Assembly: GCA_008632985.1 (NCBI GenBank)
Contig: QPGO01000163.1
Span: forward strand, 1 to 64,000
DNA length: 64,000 nt
DNA from: Psammoneis japonica
Taxonomy: Eukaryota
Reading direction: 5' to 3'
Shown: positions 24,959-37,993 of the stretch, piece by piece
Layout: each line of letters begins with the position of its first letter
Position numbering within the stretch: the first letter of the stretch is position 1
Made by a program: the position numbers and the translations under genes
The notes under the pieces: model-generated
The model's input: only the letters and a program-made list of their open reading frames with translations
What the model was told of the DNA's origin: nothing
The model's database searches: none

Positions 24959-25976
24959 CTCTGCAGCAGCATCCCGAACTAGTCTTGTCCGTGACAATAA
25001 TCAGCCCTCCTGTGCGGCTGCGAATGTCCGTCTGCGCGTTCGACAACAAGGATGCGATCTTGTGGCTAGGTAAGTATAGATGATTTGGACAACAAAGTCT
25101 ATGCTTTGACTTGTCGTTGGCGTACAGCAGTCCATGCGGCATACCTTTTTTCCAAATGCAAGCCACAAAGGCACTTTCCGTGAGGCCGTTCGACAAAAAA
25201 TGAAGCATGCTTTTTCATGATTGGGAGTAGTGACGAGTAAGCGTCCACTGCTCTTGTTCGTTTCAAACGTTTGGTGCGACTCTTGTCGAGCGCTAGGTAG
25301 TAGTCGTGCCAATCTCCATCCACCCTGCATTTTTGATTGGCGTCTTGACAGACAATCCATGGGGTACCTTTTTCCAAATGCGCAAGCCCAACAGACAACA
25401 ACAAAAAAGGCTATTTCAGTATTGGGAAAATGACTGATTTTGCGCCATCGGTTGGTGATTTCGCCCGTGGTGTCTGATGATTATGACAAACGACTCTTGT
25501 CAATGGCGCTTACACAAGAAAACACGATTCTTTCGGGTGGCGCAAGAAAACGAATGTACAATTCGAAACGTTGGCCTAAAGTGTCAATAAGCTCCCGAGA
25601 TTTAGACAGAAAAAGAATGGCTTGAGCAATGGAGGAGAAGCAGAAACAAACAAAATTATCCAGTCGGTATCGAACACATGTGCTGAGCTCGTTTCGTTTC
25701 AAACGCTTGGTGCCACTCATGGATAGCGCTATACGGCACAGTCCTGCCAATCGCTGTCGCAGCCAAAAGCCTCTACTTTTTTTATTTGCAAGTTTTCGAT
25801 TTTCAACTCCATACTATGCGACAACGATCCAACAACAAGGAGTTGTAAATGCCATTCATGGTGTGTGCATGAACTACACCACAATCCAAACAATATATGA
25901 ATCAACCCAATTTTTTGCTACTAAACATCCACACTACACACAATCATTCATTTTTCCCAAAACGACTAATTCACAT

Positions 25977-27991
25977 TCACTCCTTTTCCTTTTTCGCCTC
26001 GACCAATGCCGCTTGGACAAGACCCAAAAAGGGTGGACTGGGTGATAATGGACGTGATTGAAACTCGGGATGGTACTGCACACCGACATAGTACGGATGA
26101 TGCGGCAATTCCGCCACCTCCATGCGTTGTCCGGTTTCGTCTCGTCCACAAAACAACAATCCGGCCGAATGAATTTTTTCGACATAATCGGGATTGACTT
26201 CGTAACGATGACGATGGCGTTCTTCAATTTCCTTTTGACGAGAATACAATTCAAACATTTTACAATGTTCTTCCAAAATCGTCTTGCGCAATCCCAAACG
26301 CATGGTTCCACCCAATTCCGTGGTGGAAATTTCCGGCATATTGACGACAACGGGATGGGGAGTCGATTCATCAAATTCCGTCGAATTGGCTCCCGAGAGA
26401 TCTAAAACAAACCGGGCATACTCGACCACCATGGCTTGAAAGCCAAGACACACACCCAAAAAGGGTTTCTCATTCAAACGACAATGACGAGCCGCCAAGA
26501 CTTTACCCAAAAAGCCACTATAGTAGAATAATAATGTGAATTAGAATAAAAAGTGTGAGTTTCTTTTCAAAACACAACAACAAACCACTATACAGTAGTA
26601 TACGCACCGATTCCCAAATCCACCGGGAACAATGATACCATTGGCACTCTTGACCTTGTTCCATGCTTCTTCATAGTCTTGTTCTGTTTCATTTTCTAAT
26701 TTGGTCGCCTCGACCCAAACCAATTCCAAATGACACTGACAAGCAATGGCGGCGTGCTGTAATAAAAAGAATAGAGATGAGTGAGTGAGTTTGTGTAATA
26801 ACAATTGCAACAACAATACCAATTCAGTATCATACCTTTAATGCTTTGATTACAGACAGATACGAATCTTGCAATCCCGTATACTTGCCAATCAAACAAA
26901 TTTCGACTTGGTCCTCAAACATTTCCATACCGTGTGCCATTTCCTTCCACGGTCCAAATTCCGGAATAGAATGGGGTAATTCGAGCAAGTCTTGTAAAAT
27001 ACCCGCCAATCCCTGTTGTTCTAATAGTAGAGGCACATGATAGACGTTTGCGACATCGTGAACACTGAGTACATTGGTGGCGGGAACATGACAAAAACTG
27101 GAAATTTTCGTCTTGGTTTCCTCCAATAATTCTTGAGTCGATCGACAAAAAATGAGAGAGGGTGACAATCCCAAACTGCGCAATTGCTTGACCCCATGCT
27201 GGGTCGGTTTGGTCTTTTGTTCTTCTGTTATAATTGGCACCAACGAAACAAATCCCAATAAAAAATTGGATTTTCCAACGCGAAATTGAAATTGTCGAAG
27301 GGCTTCCAAAAAGACAGCCGATTCAATATCACCCACTGTCCCGCCCACTTCAATCAAACACACATCTGCAACATTTCCAGGTGCATCCACGGGTATCTGC
27401 GCAACGCGTTCCAAATGTTGACAGATATAGTCGGTAATGTGGGGCACAACTTGAACCGTCTTGCCGAGATAATCACCACGTCTTTCTTTTAGGATTACAT
27501 CTCGATACACTTTACCGGTGGTTAAATTGTGATTTTCCGTCAAGGAGATATCTAAAAAACGCTCGTAATTGCCCAAATCCAAATCCGTTTCACCACCGTC
27601 CTTCAACACAAAACACTGGAGTGAATAGAAATAGTGTGTGAGAGTATGAGTGAGTGAGTATCAATATACGAGTCGTACGTATGAAATCAAGCACATGCAA
27701 CAGATACCATCACATCCTACTGTAGCACCGTACAAACCATATACACACAATCATACACAATACCACCACAACACACACACACACACACTACACTATTCAA
27801 CAAACAACAATAATCACGCACTTCACCGTGTTCAAAGGGACTCATGGTACCGGCATCGACATTCAAATAGGGGTCGATTTTAATGGCTGTGACGGATAAT
27901 CCACAACTCTTGAGCAAACGTCCCATGCTGGAAATCGTGACACCCTTTCCCAAACCGGAACGACACCACCCGTTACGACAATGTATTTCAT
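25977..27991 (-). CDS. pyrG: CTP synthase (4 exons: 27991-27822, 27615-26836, 26756-26608, 26517-25977)
   Basis: [93 protein letters not shown] introns restore frame. One base is missing in exon 1 near 27959, probably a consensus error. Confidence 0.95.
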
Positions 27992-28540
27992 GATTTGAAG
28001 ATATGATGGGATGAGAATAAGAGTAATAAGAGAGAGAAAGAAGATTAGTTGTATTGTGTAACAACAAACAACAACCGAAAATGAGAAGCAACGATGGAGC
28101 GGTTGGCTGTTGCCAACATCTCATTGCGCGACTATGCGCCATACATGCTGTAGAATTGTACTATTTCCAAAATTCCAAAAAAATGGCGCGCGTCGGAAAT
28201 CAAGAATCTCTGTCATTGAGGAAGATCATTTTCATTCAAATAATTGACATTATAAACAACAATATAAAGAAAAAGCTTCAAGAATGAAGGAATGCATTGC
28301 GCTATTTTTGAAACAAAAAGAACCCCAAAGAGGTGCGTGCACACGAACACACCATCCTTGTGCCATTTTGGCTCCTGGCTGGGAACAAAAAAAAAAGTCA
28401 TTGTGGAACATTTTCAAGACACATCCTTGTTGCTTTGTCTCTTGGGTGACAAGAACATTGCAGCATGTGTGAAATGTTTGGACATTTTGTTCTTGTCCTC
28501 TCTGCACCACATCATTTTTGAAAAAACAAACACAACAAAA

Positions 28541-28946
28541 GATGCGCTCCAGCTCTGGGTGGGACCTCGCACTGCTGAGCTGTGTGACATCAATGGTTTT
28601 TTTATTACACCGCATGTTGCACACATGGAAAGGTGCGAGACTTTTGTGAAATTTTGAATCATTTTGTGGTGCACTTGTTGAGTGATCTCCGTGCCCAACA
28701 ACTTTTCACATTTTTTGTTGCAGCGCGATTCACTCTACAGCGTGTTTTAAGAATTGCGCAGGGCAGGCACATTTGCAAAAACGTCAAGTGGCAAGAGGCA
28801 CAATTGCACCACAAACTTGGTTGTTTGTTTGATGTTGAAGATGAGCACATCCATTGATCAAATTCTTGCACTCTGCGGAGCTCGCACGCAGAATTCTGCG
28901 GGCCCAATGTCTCACGGAGTCCCACCTGCTGGGGCTGGAGCGTGTC
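28541..28946 (+). mobile_element. ~400-bp MITE, family A (subfamily 2)
   Basis: Termini gatgcgctccagctctgggtgggac...gtcccacc..ggctggagcgtgtc; internal match to 56007-56384 in reverse; flanks aaaa/aaac. Confidence 0.75.
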
Positions 28947-29809
28947 AAACTCAGATTGCACCCATGCAACGCATGCATGCAACATCATTCAATGTCACAG
29001 AAACAAAATGACATTTTGCACCTGGTTGCTTTTTGGTGTTTCAGACACTGCACAGCACCGTTGCACACAGCAGCAGGAGCCGCCGCCAGCAGGTGTTGTT
29101 TTTGCAGTGTGTTCTTGGTGGGGACAACCGCACACGACACACATAGGATTTCCATCAGAAAGTGCAATGTGCCCCCCATGAGCAGAGCACAGCAGCCATG
29201 TTCTTCATCTGAGTGCGGGCATGTGTCAATCATTGTGCACACCAAGGCTTGTGCGCTTTTGTGTTTTGTCTCGATGAGAATCGGTGCTGCTGCTGTGTTT
29301 GCTGGGGCTGCTGAGTGAGCTTCCCAGATGTGGAGTGTGGCATTTGACACCCTTGCACAAGGACTCACACATTGTTCTGTGGCTTTTTTGGCGAGCCATG
29401 TTGCTTTGTGCAACAAAATCTCCAAGGTTGCAGTTGTTGTGACAGCAACAAAAAACAACACCAACAAAACTGTTGGGGTGCCAGTTTTGGAGATGAGCGG
29501 CAGTTGAAGAAAGCATGCAAGCCCGCTTGCCATCTGCCCTCTTGGGCTGCCTCACGACATTGCCTTTTCCATTCTGCAGAACAACCCAAGAGGTCCCATT
29601 TGCACAGCAGTTTCTTTGTGCCATTTTTGGCTTGAGGGTGCTGCTGGTGCTTTTGCAGCAGATCAAATTTGGCCAAATTGCACTGGTGTTTTGCATGATT
29701 TTTTTCTGTGTTTTACCATGCAAAAAAAAAAATGGTGTTTTCACGCTCACAAAAAACCCATTTTGCCACCATCCTTCAACACAAAACACTGACCAAAAAA
29801 AGTTAGAGT

Positions 29810-30380
29810 GTGTGTGAGTGAGTGTCAATGCAAGTCATGGCATGAAATCAAGGACATGCAACAGACACCACCAAATCACACAGCAGCAGCCAGCGCCACA
29901 GAACTCATGCAAACACACCCAGCACACAAAAAATTGCACAATTCCACAACCACAAATGCACCTCACCATGTTCCAAAGTGCTCATGGTGCCAGCATCAAC
30001 ACTCAAACAGGGATTGATTTTGATGGCGGTCATGGACAATCCACAACTCTTGAGCAAACATCCCATGCTTGAAATTGTGGCACCCTTTCCCAAGCCAGAA
30101 ACAATGCCACCTTTGACGACAGTGCATTTCATGATGCAGACATGATGGGGGTTGATGAACAGAGTTGGGGTTGCAGTTGTGACAGCCAACAATGACAGCA
30201 ACAATGAATGAGAGGCAACACGAGAGCAGCTGGCTGCTGCAGCCAACTGTGCACCACTCAATCTGCAGAAATGCGGCATTGAAGAAGAGTGCATTTGTTC
30301 AAAAATTCAACATGGAGAAAAACATTTGCAATGACAAGCTTCAAACATGAAGGATTGGATTGCTCTTTTGGAAACGAGCT
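29810..30380 (-). pseudogene. Hypermutated DNA-level copy of CTP synthase upstream region, exon 1 and part of intron 1
   Basis: [57 protein letters not shown]; intron and upstream sequence also align to ~27650-28310. Confidence 0.9.
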
Positions 30381-30677
30381 TCTCAGACTCTTGTGGTGTG
30401 GCCACACACATGTTTGTTGTGCAAGCCATGATGTGTTGTGTGTCAACCAACAAGGCAAATGGCCAACTTTGTGCAAAATTGTTGAGTGATGCTCCATGTT
30501 TTTGCAAAAGTCTTTTTGGCCACCATGAGAACAAAAAATGATGTTTTCAAAAAATGTCAGAGCAGACAACGAGCTTGTGTTGTCACGTGAGAATTTTTTG
30601 CTGGCTGCCGTGTGCCATGTGGAATTTCATGTGCTGCACACAGCTGTGCTGACAGCAACACATGAGCAGCAAAGAGT

Positions 30678-30906
30678 NNNNNNNNNNNNNNNNNNNNNNN
30701 NNNNNNNNNNNNNNNNNNNNNNNNNNNNNNNNNNNNNNNNNNNNNNNNNNNNNNNNNNNNNNNNNNNNNNNNNNNNNNNNNNNNNNNNNNNNNNNNNNNN
30801 NNNNNNNNNNNNNNNNNNNNNNNNNNNNNNNNNNNNNNNNNNNNNNNNNNNNNNNNNNNNNNNNNNNNNNNNNNNNNNNNNNNNNNNNNNNNNNNNNNNN
30901 NNNNNN
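30678..30906. other. Assembly gap (N run)
   Basis: Run of n. Confidence 1.
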
Positions 30907-32956
30907 ATGCTTTGGAAATCAAAGCATCCAAGCATTGGACAAGAAGGCAAGAAGCACTCAGTCATTCAAACTTCAGGGATGAGAAAGGGTCAGCTTGCTC
31001 AGTTGAAAAAGCCAACAAAAGTGCAAAACAACGTGGTGCACACCAGCTGCAATCATGAATGATTGGAGTGCTCATTGGAAAAGAAAAAAAAGCACAAAAT
31101 TGGTGCAGAGACACCACAACATGATTGTTCTCCCTTGGGCTGCCATCCAGCATGCAGCACTTTGCACAAAAACTTCCCATGATTTTCATTTTGCACCTTT
31201 CTTGTGAAGCAGCCAAAAGGAGAAGATGCATGGACAGCATTGCTGAGCTGTGTTGGCTTGCAATGCAAGTTCATTGTTGACAACTTTGAGATTTTACCAT
31301 GCTTCAACACAAAAAGACCTCTGCATCTGACAACATCGTGGATGAAACAGTTTCTGATGGCATGCTTTGCTGTTGCACATGTGGTCTGCAAAAAGCGACA
31401 TTCTTGCTGGATTTCTGTTGCCCCAGATGATGTCTCATCTCAACAAAGAATCATCAGGCTCACGCAGATGATCACCTCCACCATGGTGCAGGCCAGTGCA
31501 ACCCTGCAGCTGCAGAGACAAAATGGCCAAGAGCTGCCATCATCACATGGACGGTGTGATGTGGTTGTTGATTGTTGGCGGGTTTCAATCATGGAAACTC
31601 AGCACCAAGCTCTGTGTGGATTCTGCACAAGAAGCATGATTGGCTCTGCTGCTTTCCTTCTCAATTCCACCAACACTGCACAGTTTTTGGATGCAACAGT
31701 TGTGTGGTGTGGGTTGATGGGTGGTGGAGAACAAGCATTTGGCCCTGCACTTTGAGAGTGCACCCCAGTCTCTCAACCGTGGCAGGAGCTGGCAGCAAGG
31801 GCAACAACAGGTTCAAACGACTTTGTCAATGCACTCATTTGCAGCCAACAAGAATGTTGTGATTGGCAACAACAGAATTGTGTCCCTGCATGCTTGCTTG
31901 CTCACGTGTGGGGTCTCCAGAGTCAGCACGGCTGCACGCAGGCTCAGCTGCAGAGGGCTTGCCGGGCATGCTTCTCGATTGCATTTTGTGCTGCTGCTGC
32001 TGCACCACATTGCTGTTTCTAATGCATTGCATTGCTGCTGCATCATGTTGATCACATTGCTGCTGCATTGTGTTGCCACTGAATTGCGCCCCTTTTGCCA
32101 ACAAGAACAAAAACTCGAGCTGAGAGAAAGAGCTCTCTCTGCTCAACAAGACTTTCTCCTCTGCAGTGTTGCCAACAGCCTCAGTTGACATCACATCCCA
32201 TGTGCAAACAAGAAAAGAAATGCAAAAAAATGGCATCATGCAACGTGTTGTGCTGAGCTGTCTCAACAATGTGCTTGAGCTGAGAAAAAACTCGCTGCTT
32301 GGCAGAAGCGCTGGAAAGTTCTTGCACGAGGGCCGCTGGACGCACAGCCTCAGACATGGCCAAATGCATCTCATGGTGAACACACCACCATTCCCAAACC
32401 CTCCTTGCAACCTCTGCATCATCCTCTTTCCAAGCCAGCAGGTCCATGTGTCCTTCAAGGTGGCTTGGATCTCTTGCTCCTCTCCAGCTTCTCAAAGCTT
32501 TTTCAATGCAAGCACGGTGTCACACTTGTCCAATCCTTCAAGAGTGGTCCAACAGTCATCATTTTTTCATCAATCTTCTCCTTGTACACCTTCAGATGGC
32601 ACGGTGCAAAAGGAACGGCAACAGCTGTTCAGATGTCGACGTCCCTGTGCTTTTGATGTGTCATTGTATGTCAATTGGATTGTCGTGCGTCTTGCCGTCG
32701 TCCAGCACCAGGGACACCTGCTCTAGAATTGTACGGTACGCAGTGTTGCCAAAAAAAGGTGCGCAATTTGAGGTTTGGGAGTGCGCAATGGGCCAAGGCC
32801 TAGAGCTAGCTGCGTGGATGTTTCGTAGTCCCCTGAAATTTTCAAAACGATCCATCTAGACCAATGAAACAGCGGGATGAATGATCTCCATCTTAAAAAA
32901 CAATATCAGGTCATTCGACTATTTTGCTACAACGATTGTGCGAAGCGTCGTCAACC

Positions 32957-34698
32957 ATGACGTTCCAAAAAGGCCACACGTGCAAGATCACTGGACTCCA
33001 ACAACGAGAGGACCTCAATGGAGCATTGGTAACGTTGGTTAGATGGAGCAAAAAGCATGCTCGGTGGGAGGCGCGATGCAGCCAAGGAGAGTACATTCGA
33101 ATTCGCCCACAAAACTTGACAACGATCAGTCGTAAGCAAGGAACCGGAAAAGAGGATGCCGAACCGAAACCTTCTCGGTACGTGTTGGAACCGTGCCTGG
33201 GCATTGTCCTCAAGGACATGGTGCGGGGAGGAGGCATGGCAGTGCCACGTGAAGTACAACCCATGGTTGGAAGTGGCCAAATTACGAGTATGACCTTTGA
33301 CTCGTTTGCTGAAATAGCTTCAGAAGTGTACACGGATCCTCCACCGGGCAACATCGGTGAAACGAAGAGTTCCATGGTAATGGCCATGCTTCTTGACTTT
33401 ATCGGAAAAGATGGCGACTCCGGTTTAGTTTTACAAAAGCTTAAGACGGCAGTCGCTAATGTCTTTGCCCCTCAAAACCTGGGAGGCATCGTCCTTCCGA
33501 CACCTTCACCACTATCAACGCTTCTGAAAACGGAGACGACCGCTGACCTAGGCAAACTAATGTACAATCTCAGGATGGGTACAATCGCTTTTATTGAGAA
33601 GCATCAAGGCATGCTCGCGAACGTCGTCTCGAATATGAAAGGTTGCAAGATGAAGAGCAACCGACACGAGGCTGCCACAGTAATGAAGATGATCTTGTGC
33701 GGCAAGGACGACAACAAGTCCATCAAGTGCGCAAATCTGGAAGAGGAGCTCAAGTACGCCGCATCATATGGAGAGGTAACGGTGATTGGCAAGAGCAAGC
33801 TCAAGAAAGTGGAGGTTAACGAATTCCTTCATCGAGCGTACGTGGAATGGCTCCTCCGTGACGTACTCCCTACCATGACAAGGGAGGATGCAAGAAAGGG
33901 TAGTCTCGGTGAGTGGCATCGCATAGCAAGCTGGGAGAAGCAGCTCACGGCATCCATAAACGCTACCCCAGCGCGAATCATTCTAGACGTTTCCGACGAC
34001 TTTGATATTGCTCCATGGATCGACGAAGGATTGCTTTCCTTGGATCTGTCTGTCTTGTCGGATGCACCCGGGGTCGACACGGATCGTCGTATTCTACGCT
34101 TGGCCTTTTTCGCCGAATTAGCGTGGCAATATTCGCTCGATTCTGGAGCTTGGGATAAAAAACGCCAGGCAGCGGCTGTTGCGACTGTTCATCCTCGCGA
34201 AACGAAGCCGCCTCTACGTCCGTCGCTGCAGTCTTGGCTGACGTCGACGAAGCCAATGATGAATTCCAGCTCGTTAAGGCAGACCAAAGAGCTTTCAAAA
34301 AGAAGAGCAAGGTGATTATTGTTGACCTCAAAGAGAGGGAGCACTCGCAAGGCTTATGCAATGGCATGGAGGGTCGCGTCCTTGGTGGGGTTGATGATGA
34401 TTCCAAACCCGACTACTACAGGGTATCCTTTACAAACCTCGCCGATCCTCAAACGCTCCACGTCCGCAACCTTCAACGTGTGGCAAAAGTCTCTCGCGAA
34501 CTCCACAATTGCCATGTATGCGGCGCTTCTACAGAATTATTGTGCAGTCGGTGCAGCGCCACGTGGTACTGCGGTGAAGAATGCCAAAAGGCCGACCGCC
34601 CACTACACAAGGCAGCTTGCAAAGCCATGGCTGCCAAGAATCCGTTTGATGTCATCAGCGACAAGATGGAAAAGACAAGCATGCAAGATGCCGAGTAG
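32957..34698 (+). CDS. MYND-type zinc finger protein (frameshift near 34240)
   Basis: C-terminal CHVC...CSRC..TWYCGEECQKADRPLHKAAC. Two 'GL...DLNG/CNG...NL' beta-barrel-like segments. ORFs 32924-34315 and 34234-34698 overlap. Confidence 0.75.
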
Positions 34699-34849
34699 AC
34701 AGCAACACCAAGATACAGTAGTTACGCACCGAACAGATAGTAGTAACAGTTTATGTATGCCCCCCTGCTCCTGAACAAAGACAAGTGTTTAGCAGCAAGA
34801 AATGAGCACATGCGTCCGCGAAACAAAAGCAACAATGATTGAGAATGAC

Positions 34850-34990
34850 ACACACCCTTCGCCAAGCATTTTGTCTGGAATGGGTCCAATCATTTCGCCT
34901 CAACCGATCGTGCTCATGTTCACTGGTCAGTGCGGGCAATCCGAGGAACAGTTCTGCCGCCACGCATCCCAATCCCACATGTCTACAGGG
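34850..34990 (-). pseudogene. Protein kinase fragment (YAK1/DYRK-like subdomain IX-X)
   Basis: 'PVDMW..GCVAAELFLGLP...EHD.L...EMIGPIPDKML' with frameshifts. Confidence 0.55.
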
Positions 34991-35520
34991 CTGTGCTCCA
35001 GCTGAACCATTTGGCAGAATTCGTCTAACGTTCAGGACGTGGCGAAATGCTGGTCGGACTTCCTGTCAAAATTTAAAACTCGCATTTTCGCAGATGGACA
35101 CCGCCGTTTGACACGTCTCATGCCAGTGTTGCAGAAGAAAGCAATGGCGTCTTATGCCGGTCGCATCACCGCGCCGTGCTTTTCCCCTTTTGTGTGTGCT
35201 TGTTTCGCCCTTAACTGTACTTTGTCGGCACGCGGGATTGTTGACGCTTTCCGGGGCTTTCGATGAGGCGGGAAATCTTTGGACCATTGCCACCGTGGTG
35301 TTTGTGCACGACGTGGCAAACGTCGCCATCGATTACATCGTGACAGCTGTGGCTCAGACGCTCTAGTCGTTCTTCGTAAAGACACTGACAACAGTGATGG
35401 GGAAGCTCTGTTTTGATATCGAGAAATTCTCTCTCTATCTTCAATCTATCTCTCCCTCTGTATTCTGACTGTGGTCGACGCACACTCCCAACCATTGGAA
35501 GGGCTTCATCCAGGAAACAA

Positions 35521-37993
35521 CTATTCCTCTTGCCAATACGAGACCATCGTCATAGCGAACTTCAGCTTCTCTTCCAGTTCCTCCTTAGAGTCATACATTG
35601 GGAGGTCGATCCGATTGAAGTTGGTACTTGAGAAGGAAGAAACACATCCAACACAAAAGTTAGGCAAAGATGCCACTCCCAACACAGTGACGTGGACACT
35701 ACAACACTTACTACGCGAGAGGGTAAGAACCGGCATCAAGAGGAACTCCATGCATTGTAAACTTTCGAATGCTTCCATCGACCGCCTGCAACACACCAAA
35801 GCCTCGTGATGGCACACAACCTGTTCCTGTGACAAACTGAAGGAGGCGGGCCTTCATTTCATGGTCGAAATCCGTCACAACCTCCCAGAACCAACGGCAA
35901 ACTGGATGGTTGGGATTCCCTTCATACTCACCGGAGTACCGTGTATGCGTCTTCCAATCCTCCACGTCAATCTCAGGAAAACCGCACATGAGAAGCTCAA
36001 GTTGTTGAAAGTCAAAGATGGTCAAGAGCGGTTCGGGAACAACATCGTAGAAGCCCAACAGCAATTCAGTAAGTTGAGGCTTGACAACATCCAACAACTT
36101 GTATTTCAGGCAGGCCTCCAGGTATTCAGGAAAGTTGTTATTGTCCAACTCGATTTCTGAACCACCGGGAATTAATTCAATCTCCTTCTTAGTATCCAAA
36201 ACTTGAGTCGTGGTCGTGAAAGTCATACACATCATGGACAGATCCTCGCCGTCCTCCACCAAATCTTTGAGCACCATAAGATCCTTGTAATGTTCCTCAT
36301 CGACAGATTCGAGATCTGCAAAGGTCACGGGCCAGCCGAGCATGTGCTTATAAATGTATTGCATCAGTCGACCAGAACACAGGAGACGGTCATCAACGAG
36401 AATTTTGCCCATGACTCGACCCAAGAACCGATAGTACAACAAGTGATCCGTGCAAGAGAATTCTATCAGAGAAGATGACGGTCGTTAAGAGGAAGATGTT
36501 AAGATGTGTAGGGAAAAGAAGTCACAAAGTTATCCCACAGATCGTACTCACCGGAGGCAGGATTAAGTCGCATCGAGTACCGGTACCTTGCGCTTGCATG
36601 GTCGTACGACTCCATCCAGAGACCCATATCAGGGTCGAAGATCGCCTCTGTCACGAATCAAAACCATTCTTGAGCCACCTCTAGGGCATGACACAGAAAG
36701 TTTGATTCGCCGATGAACTCAAATCTCCACGGTTTGAGCAAATCCTTATGATTCATATTCAACACGGCTTGTACAGCTTTGATAGACATTATATAACCAT
36801 AGAACCTTTTCCTCAAAGGGTTTCGATTGAGCGCACAATATCTCTCTGCACGATACCATGGGACGGCCGTCCACATGATTGAATAGAATAGAGTCCACGG
36901 ATTTTTCATTGGCAGGGACGAGGCTGATGAGGTTATTTGGTGCCTGAATTCCCAGATCATCGCCCTGCTTTTGTTCAAGCTGGCACACGTAAGCTGATTT
37001 TTTTATGTCAAAGCGCGGCACACATTGTTCATCGCTGCGGCACCACTGGAACTTTAAATCAGAGGCCTTCAAGCATCGCACCCACCCACTCGCGTCCAAC
37101 CCTTGTTGGCATGCGGTAACAGAACCTTCCGTGGAGTTTTTGGAACACAGCACTTTTGGAACTCTGAACAGAACGCGCCCTCTGCTAGTGCCACACGTGT
37201 TCCTTGGGCTCGTTAGTAACCAGCGAACCCCCATAATCAGCACCACAAACTGCGAGCCTGGTTTTACTCCTGGAGGAACTTCCACCATGAAGATCTGGTA
37301 TTCAATTCCGTCCCTTGGGAGGGTGGCTTCGACCGTCTGACACTGAAATCGACTATCCTTTGCAAGGATCGGGGGCTTTTGGCTCCACACCGACCCTGGC
37401 ACTGCAAAGCTAATCAGCTGTCCTGGACTTGCATTCCTGGGGCAATGGAGCAACCCGCGTTGTCCATTCAACACCACCGCAAAAGGAGAGCCCGGCTCAA
37501 CTCCGTCTGGCACCACAACCTGACAGCGCCTCAATCGGTCTTGTTTCATTTTGTCATCAAGAACAAGAATACTGTCGCCCCGTTTGGGGATTGGAATGGA
37601 TATCGCTTGCCCCCCACGACCTTCGGGAGAGCATTTAACACGAACGAGTCGATCTCCAAAGAACGTCTGAAACTCTTCGCCAGGAATCACATGAGGAGGA
37701 ATATACACTTGAACATTGTGCTCCGTGTTGTCGTCAATGTCAGCCGGAACACCTCGTTGGCTCATCTCCTCTGGGAGGAAAATTTCTATGGGTTGGCCTG
37801 GATGCCCCCCTTTGTAGCATTGACACCCACAGACACTTCGCCCCGAAGGCGAATAGACGTCGAAATTGAATGGTTTGCCGGGTCTTGCATCATGAGGAAG
37901 GAATCCTCGAACCACATGAAAGTGTTTGGGTTTTCCGGAACGAGGGATGGCCCACGCTTTCTCTTCTTTGTTGCGAAACCAGTTGAATTTCAT
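35521..37993 (-). CDS. HECT-domain (NEDD4-type HECT) protein, apparently disrupted and lacking the catalytic Cys
   Basis: YRFLGRVMGK, DWKTHTRY, WFWEVV, ARLLQFVTG, FNRIDLP. N-terminal V.VPxGVxPG repeats. Frameshift ~36770 and in-frame TGA at 36658. Introns ~36550-36453 and ~35711-35627. Start uncertain (ORF open to 38230). Confidence 0.75.

Noticed and set aside
29810..30380. ADAR-type RNA editing or retrocopy origin of the A->G changes
   Set aside because: Copies retain intron and upstream DNA, and A->G and T->C are interleaved on the same strand, implying a double-stranded DNA process
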